From Lingula anatina (lineage: Eukaryota > Animalia > Brachiopoda), in contig CM120647.1 of the NCBI GenBank assembly GCA_051362555.1, positions 19,320,651-19,384,650 of the forward strand: 64,000 nucleotides of DNA, given 5' to 3'. The translations under genes and the position numbers were made by a program. This document shows positions 62,712 to 64,000 of the stretch, piece after piece (position 1 is the stretch's first letter; each line of letters opens with the position of its first letter). Under the pieces are notes generated by a model. That model was not told where the DNA came from. It searched no databases and saw nothing but the letters and a program-made list of their open reading frames with translations.

Positions 62712-64000
62712 ATAATAATAATAATAATAATAATAAGTTTATTGAGCACTAAATGATGTGAATACATTTGCAGGCTCTCTAGACTACAATATTTACATAA
62801 TATATATATGGGTATACAATTATATATGTTTACATATGTAGTATGTTAAATCATACATGTGTTAATGCAAATTATGCTATAATATTAATTAATTAAGCTA
62901 TTCACAGCATTATTGACAATAAGTGGCTGTGATATACTAGATTTCAGGTGAACTATGTATTTTAACAGCAGTCTTTACAAATTCTGCTATTACTTTGAGA
63001 CTTTTATGACAGGGTGGATTAAGGAGAATTGACAATATCTGATCACTGTCATCTAGACCCACTACACTGATTTTCAGTAGTTCATCATGCATTCGTTGCC
63101 TCTCAACAGTGTATCTTGTGCATTCTGTGAGGAAATGTTTTTCATCCTCTACACAGTTGCAAGCTTTACATTTTCTCTCATCAAGTGGAGTTTTAGGGTT
63201 TGTGTATCGGCCCCTTTCTATTGCTAGGTCGTGGTCACTTAGTCTAATTTTTGCTAGTGTTTTGATATCTAAGGGTGAGACACTCATTTTGATGTAATTT
63301 TCACATTCATAAGATTTTTTAATTGTTTTGTATGTCCTTAATTTGTTTGAGGTCGAACTATTTAATTCCTGCCAAAAGAGTTTTTCGATTTTTATGTTCA
63401 ATTTTTCTACTAGGTTTTCTATTTGATGTAATTTCTTTGGTGGGTTGTTATCTTCTGAGAAACCCCAACAATTGTGAAAAGATTGGATGGATTCTGTCCA
63501 TGTGTTTCCCTTTGTGTCTTGCTCAAGATTGTACACCTGTTTTACAATTCTATTATCTGGTAGTTGTTCCAGTCTAAGACTATATCTTTGGACAAGTTTA
63601 GCTATAGTTGGAAAAATAGGGTACCTGCCGAGTTCGGCTCTAGACATGGTATTGCTAGCCTGCTTTCTTAGACCTAAAATCCATTTGCAAAATTTCAAGT
63701 GTACCTGTTCAAATGGCATTTTATTAATCTTTTTCAGAGACATGTTTTTCTGTTTTAGTATCTCCTGTGACCAGACCTCACTACCATAAAGCAAAATTGG
63801 TTTGATGAGTTTGTCAAATAAGTTCATGCACAAAAGAGGTTTGGAGATGTTTTGAGAGGCAAGTGCTCCTTTAAGGGAAAACAGGGCTTTTAGGGCCTTT
63901 TTCTTTAAATTTTCAATTGCTTCCTTTAATGAGCCAGTATTGGAGAAAACTATTCCCAAATATGGGTATTGTTTTACTTCTTCTATGGGTTCATCATTTA
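62712..64000 (-). mobile_element. 3' part of a non-LTR retrotransposon (RTEX-like), continuing beyond the window
   Basis: The RT C-terminal ORF is followed by a 3' UTR, AATAAA (~62740) and an (ATT)n tail at 62712-62736. Confidence 0.85.
62937..64000 (-). CDS. LINE ORF2 C-terminus (RT thumb and CCHC-type motif)
   Basis: YPYLGIVF, LFDKLIKPILLYGSEVW, ELGRYP, HDLAIERGRY and CKACNCVEDEKHFLTEC. Confidence 0.9.
   Translation of the reverse strand, partial: NDEPIEEVKQYPYLGIVFSNTGSLKEAIENLKKKALKALFSLKGALASQNISKPLLCMNLFDKLIKPILLYGSEVWSQEILKQKNMSLKKINKMPFEQVHLKFCKWILGLRKQASNTMSRAELGRYPIFPTIAKLVQRYSLRLEQLPDNRIVKQVYNLEQDTKGNTWTESIQSFHNCWGFSEDNNPPKKLHQIENLVEKLNIKIEKLFWQELNSSTSNKLRTYKTIKKSYECENYIKMSVSPLDIKTLAKIRLSDHDLAIERGRYTNPKTPLDERKCKACNCVEDEKHFLTECTRYTVERQRMHDELLKISVVGLDDSDQILSILLNPPCHKSLKVIAEFVKTAVKIHSSPEI

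Overview
AT-rich eukaryotic DNA, probably from an invertebrate animal, in four parts. (1) 1-9798: a Ty3/Gypsy LTR retrotransposon on the minus strand with near-identical LTRs. Its gag is split by a TTAA-flanked Kolobok-like DNA transposon and its RNase H core is replaced by an internal duplication. (2) ~9.8-37.9 kb: a tandem segmental-duplication cluster of four paralogues encoding a DEDDy 3'-5' exonuclease (EXD1/Egalitarian-like) fused to a C-terminal CxxC...CxxC zinc finger resembling Stc1. Three copies are open and one is frameshifted. One copy has a 6.1 kb intron filled with nested transposons, including a near full-length RTE LINE. (3) 37940-60047: a highly homogeneous array of ~1414 bp units (16 cores). 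Each unit carries a vault-RNA-like Pol III gene, a second tRNA-like Pol III candidate and a third structured segment. (4) 60-64 kb: the last exon of a convergent gene ending in RDEL, a ~737 bp intronic tandem duplication and the 3' end of an RTEX-like LINE. Family assignments come from motif recognition by eye; no searches were run.
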